64,000 nt of DNA from Rhodanobacteraceae bacterium (GTDB taxonomy: Bacteria; Pseudomonadota; Gammaproteobacteria; Xanthomonadales; Rhodanobacteraceae). The notes under the pieces were generated by a model. That model saw nothing but the letters and a program-made list of their open reading frames with translations. It was not told the DNA's origin and did not search any database. The stretch spans positions 5,983-69,982 of the forward strand of contig DAIOUL010000001.1 in assembly GCA_036759545.1 (NCBI GenBank). The letters run 5' to 3'. This document shows, in pieces, positions 63,673-64,000 of this stretch. Numbering within the stretch: the first letter of the stretch is position 1; each line of letters begins with the position of its first letter. The translations under genes and the position numbers were made by a program.

Positions 63673-63999
63673 CTACAACCTGCCATCGACCGCCTCCAGC
63701 GGCAGCAGGTTCTTGACGTCGAACAGCACGCAGCCGGGTTTGCCTAAGCGCCGCAATTGGTTCGCGCCCATCTCGACGAACTGTTTGTGGCCGACGGCGA
63801 GGATGATCGCGTCGTAGCTGTCGGGTTTCAGTTCGCTGACCAGGTCCAACCCGTATTCGTGGCGCGCCTCGGCAGCGTCAACCCATGGATCGTGCACATC
63901 CACTTGTGCGTGATAGCCGCGAAATTCCTCGATCACGTCCACCACGCGCGTGTTGCGCAAGTCCGGGCAGTTTTCCTTGAACGCCAGTCCGAGGATCAA
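63673..63999 (-). CDS. nucleotide-sugar dehydrogenase (UDP-glucose/GDP-mannose dehydrogenase family), C-terminal fragment; gene continues beyond the window
   Basis: The sequence reads ILGLAFKENCPDLRNTRVVDVIEEF ... AIILAVGHKQF ... VLFDVKNLLP. TAG is at 63673-63675. The 5' part lies outside the window. Confidence 0.8.
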   Translation of the reverse strand: MILGLAFKENCPDLRNTRVVDVIEEFRGYHAQVDVHDPWVDAAEARHEYGLDLVSELKPDSYDAIILAVGHKQFVEMGANQLRRLGKPGCVLFDVKNLLPLEAVDGRL

Positions 64000-64000
64000 C

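Overview
This is a GC-rich (about 65% by eye) bacterial chromosomal segment that looks proteobacterial. I saw no rRNA, tRNA, CRISPR array, transposase or integrase. All family calls come from reading motifs in the supplied translations. No HMM or BLAST search was run, and TIGRFAM/Pfam names are recalled from memory.

Layout:
- 1-10.2 kb: ordinary glycan-use and housekeeping genes. These are a TPR + 2OG-oxygenase-like protein, a secreted GH31, a small 2OG-oxygenase-like paralog, a GH36-like alpha-galactosidase, an SGNH hydrolase and glmS.
- 10.6-64 kb: one very large cell-surface polysaccharide (EPS) locus.
  - It opens with a polyprenyl-phosphate sugar transferase at 10.6-12.0 kb.
  - It resumes at 37.8 kb with an FkbM methyltransferase, galE, a GT4, two tandem secreted beta-helix paralogs, a Wzx-like flippase, a DUF218 protein and a SAM methyltransferase.
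  - It ends with an 11-gene, tightly overlapping minus-strand operon (47.7-60.6 kb). This operon encodes a Wza-like exporter, chain-length determinant, BY-kinase-like protein, outer-membrane barrel, three GT4s, a ligase/polymerase-like protein, a deacetylase, a GT2 and a two-domain unknown.
  - Nucleotide-sugar genes follow at the 3' end.
- 12.6-37.5 kb: a roughly 25-kb secondary-metabolite island wedged inside this locus. I consider it the most interesting content. It contains:
  - a JmjC/cupin oxygenase;
  - a 2208-aa A(Thr)-T-KS-AT-ACP-aminotransferase megasynthase;
  - a 2405-aa C-A-T-C-A*-T-TE NRPS whose last A domain has lost its core motifs;
  - a GT2;
  - a minus-strand operon of an A-T-TE NRPS-like enzyme (no Asp235), a ThDP enzyme and a sulfotransferase;
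  - an ATP-grasp ligase paired with a second, unrelated sulfotransferase.

The product and its relation to the EPS are unknown. Everything functional about the island is inference.
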